A DNA stretch of 64,000 bases. Origin: Bugula neritina. Lineage: Eukaryota > Animalia > Bryozoa. Shown here in pieces: positions 61,870-64,000 of the stretch; the first letter of the stretch is position 1; every line of letters starts with the position of its first letter. Below the pieces are notes generated by a model that saw only the letters and a list, made by a program, of their open reading frames with translations, had not been told where the DNA came from and did not search any database. The stretch covers positions 8,041,929 to 8,105,928 of the forward strand of contig OZ037769.1 in the NCBI GenBank assembly GCA_964035545.1, written 5' to 3'. A program made the translations under genes and the position numbers.

Positions 61870-62654
61870 TCTAACGAAGAAGTCTTCAGTCAAACAACAA
61901 AAATACACCAAGAAGCTCTAAGTAAAAGTGGATACACACATAACCTAACATTCCAGCCAACACACACCACTAGCAGACCAAAAAGAGAAAGACGACGAAA
62001 CATCACATGGTATAACCCCCATTCTCCAAAAGTGTATCAAGCAACCTGGGAAAACAATTTTTTAAAATTCTGGAGGAAGAAATACCCAAAGACCACAAAC
62101 TCTACAAAATTTTCAACAAAAACAACATAAAACTCAGTTACAGCTGCTGCAGAAATTTAAACAACATAATCAACAGCCACAATAAAAGATTACTCAACCC
62201 AGCAAACCAACCTCCTCGAGAATGTAACTGCAGAAACAGCACAGTGTGCCCACTAGATGGAAAATGCCTCACAAAGTGCATCATATACCAAGCTACAGTT
62301 ACAACCAAAGATGGCAGCCAACCCCAGACTTACGTGGGAACATCAGAAACAGAATTCAAAACCATATTTTATAACCACAAATCAACTTGTAACAACAAAA
62401 CAAAAAAGAACCATACTGAATTGAGCAGATATATCTGGAAACTAAAAGACAAGAATAACACCCATTTTGACATAACATGGAAAATTATGAAAAAGACCAA
62501 CTCATACAACAAAGTCACTAAAAGATGCAACCTCTGCCTATGGGAAAAATATTTCATAATATACCAGCCCAGCAAATCTTCCCTTAATAACAGAAATGAA
62601 ATTCTATCCACATGCAGACATGCACGTAAGCACTACCTGGGCAACATCACATAA
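61870..62654 (+). pseudogene. Second copy of the same PLE ORF end, frameshifted at ~62020
   Basis: A run of 5 C versus 6 in the other arm splits it into ORFs 61861-62130 and 62244-62654; the conserved Arg is changed (KTRFY to KTIFY). Confidence 0.85.
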
Positions 62655-62899
62655 CAATACTAACAACTCTCAACCATAGTACTACCTATTATAAATTAGC
62701 CTTTCCATCAAACATCTAGCTTTTATAGTTTAATCCTTTAGAAAAAGAGCAATTTAATTAATTTAATTAATTAATAGATAACACCAAATCCACTACTATG
62801 TTTGCGTTTCGTTTTACGTTGTGTTTAGCATGATAGTTTTCCCTATGTAAAAATTTGAATAATTGGTATGCTTCATAGATTTTATTTATTTTTAGTCTA

Positions 62900-62944
62900 A
62901 CACCTGAGGAGTGCAGTTTACTGCACGAAACTATATAGTCGTGT
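62900..62944 (+). ncRNA. Type I hammerhead ribozyme, canonical core
   Basis: ACAC-CTGAGGA-GTGCAG-TTTA-CTGCAC-GAAA-CTATATAG-TC-GTGT; GUC cleavage after 62940; stem III is the palindrome ACTATATAGT. Confidence 0.92.
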
Positions 62945-63073
62945 AAGATTTTTTAAATAAAATATATATGTATCATTAACAATCTGAACACACTACATTA
63001 TATTAGCTCTATCACCCGTGATATCGAGCACTTTACTTTGCTGGAACTCCAACTAGATTGACAATCAGCATAC

Positions 63074-64000
<927 letters not shown>

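Noticed and set aside
62655-62900. SECIS / selenoprotein, as reported for some Naiad PLEs
   Set aside because: No in-frame TGA in the retained ORF and no convincing SECIS stem in the 3' region.

Overview
AT-rich invertebrate (metazoan) nuclear DNA with short GT-AG introns and many transposons. From left to right: an apparently intact Mag-clade Ty3/gypsy LTR retrotransposon (- strand, runs off the window start); a hAT MITE; ZC3H13 (+); CCDC12 (-); a TIR/TSD-bounded P-element/THAP9-like transposon lying between the divergent CCDC12 and RBL1/2 starts; a p107/p130-type pocket-protein gene (+); a PAN-PAN-F-type-lectin gene (-); two Penelope-like element (PLE) families forming palindromes in (TA)n tracts and carrying hammerhead ribozymes; an intact ~907-aa unclassified CxxH-type DDE transposase-like ORF; an orphan two-exon secreted precursor; and a decayed Academ fragment. 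The strongest leads are: (i) the P element, which splices into an uninterrupted 627-aa ORF lacking the central catalytic/GTP-binding exons; (ii) the unclassified DDE transposase; (iii) ribozyme-bearing PLE palindromes; (iv) minisatellites anchored on splice sites. All gene models and motif calls were read by eye; no searches were run.
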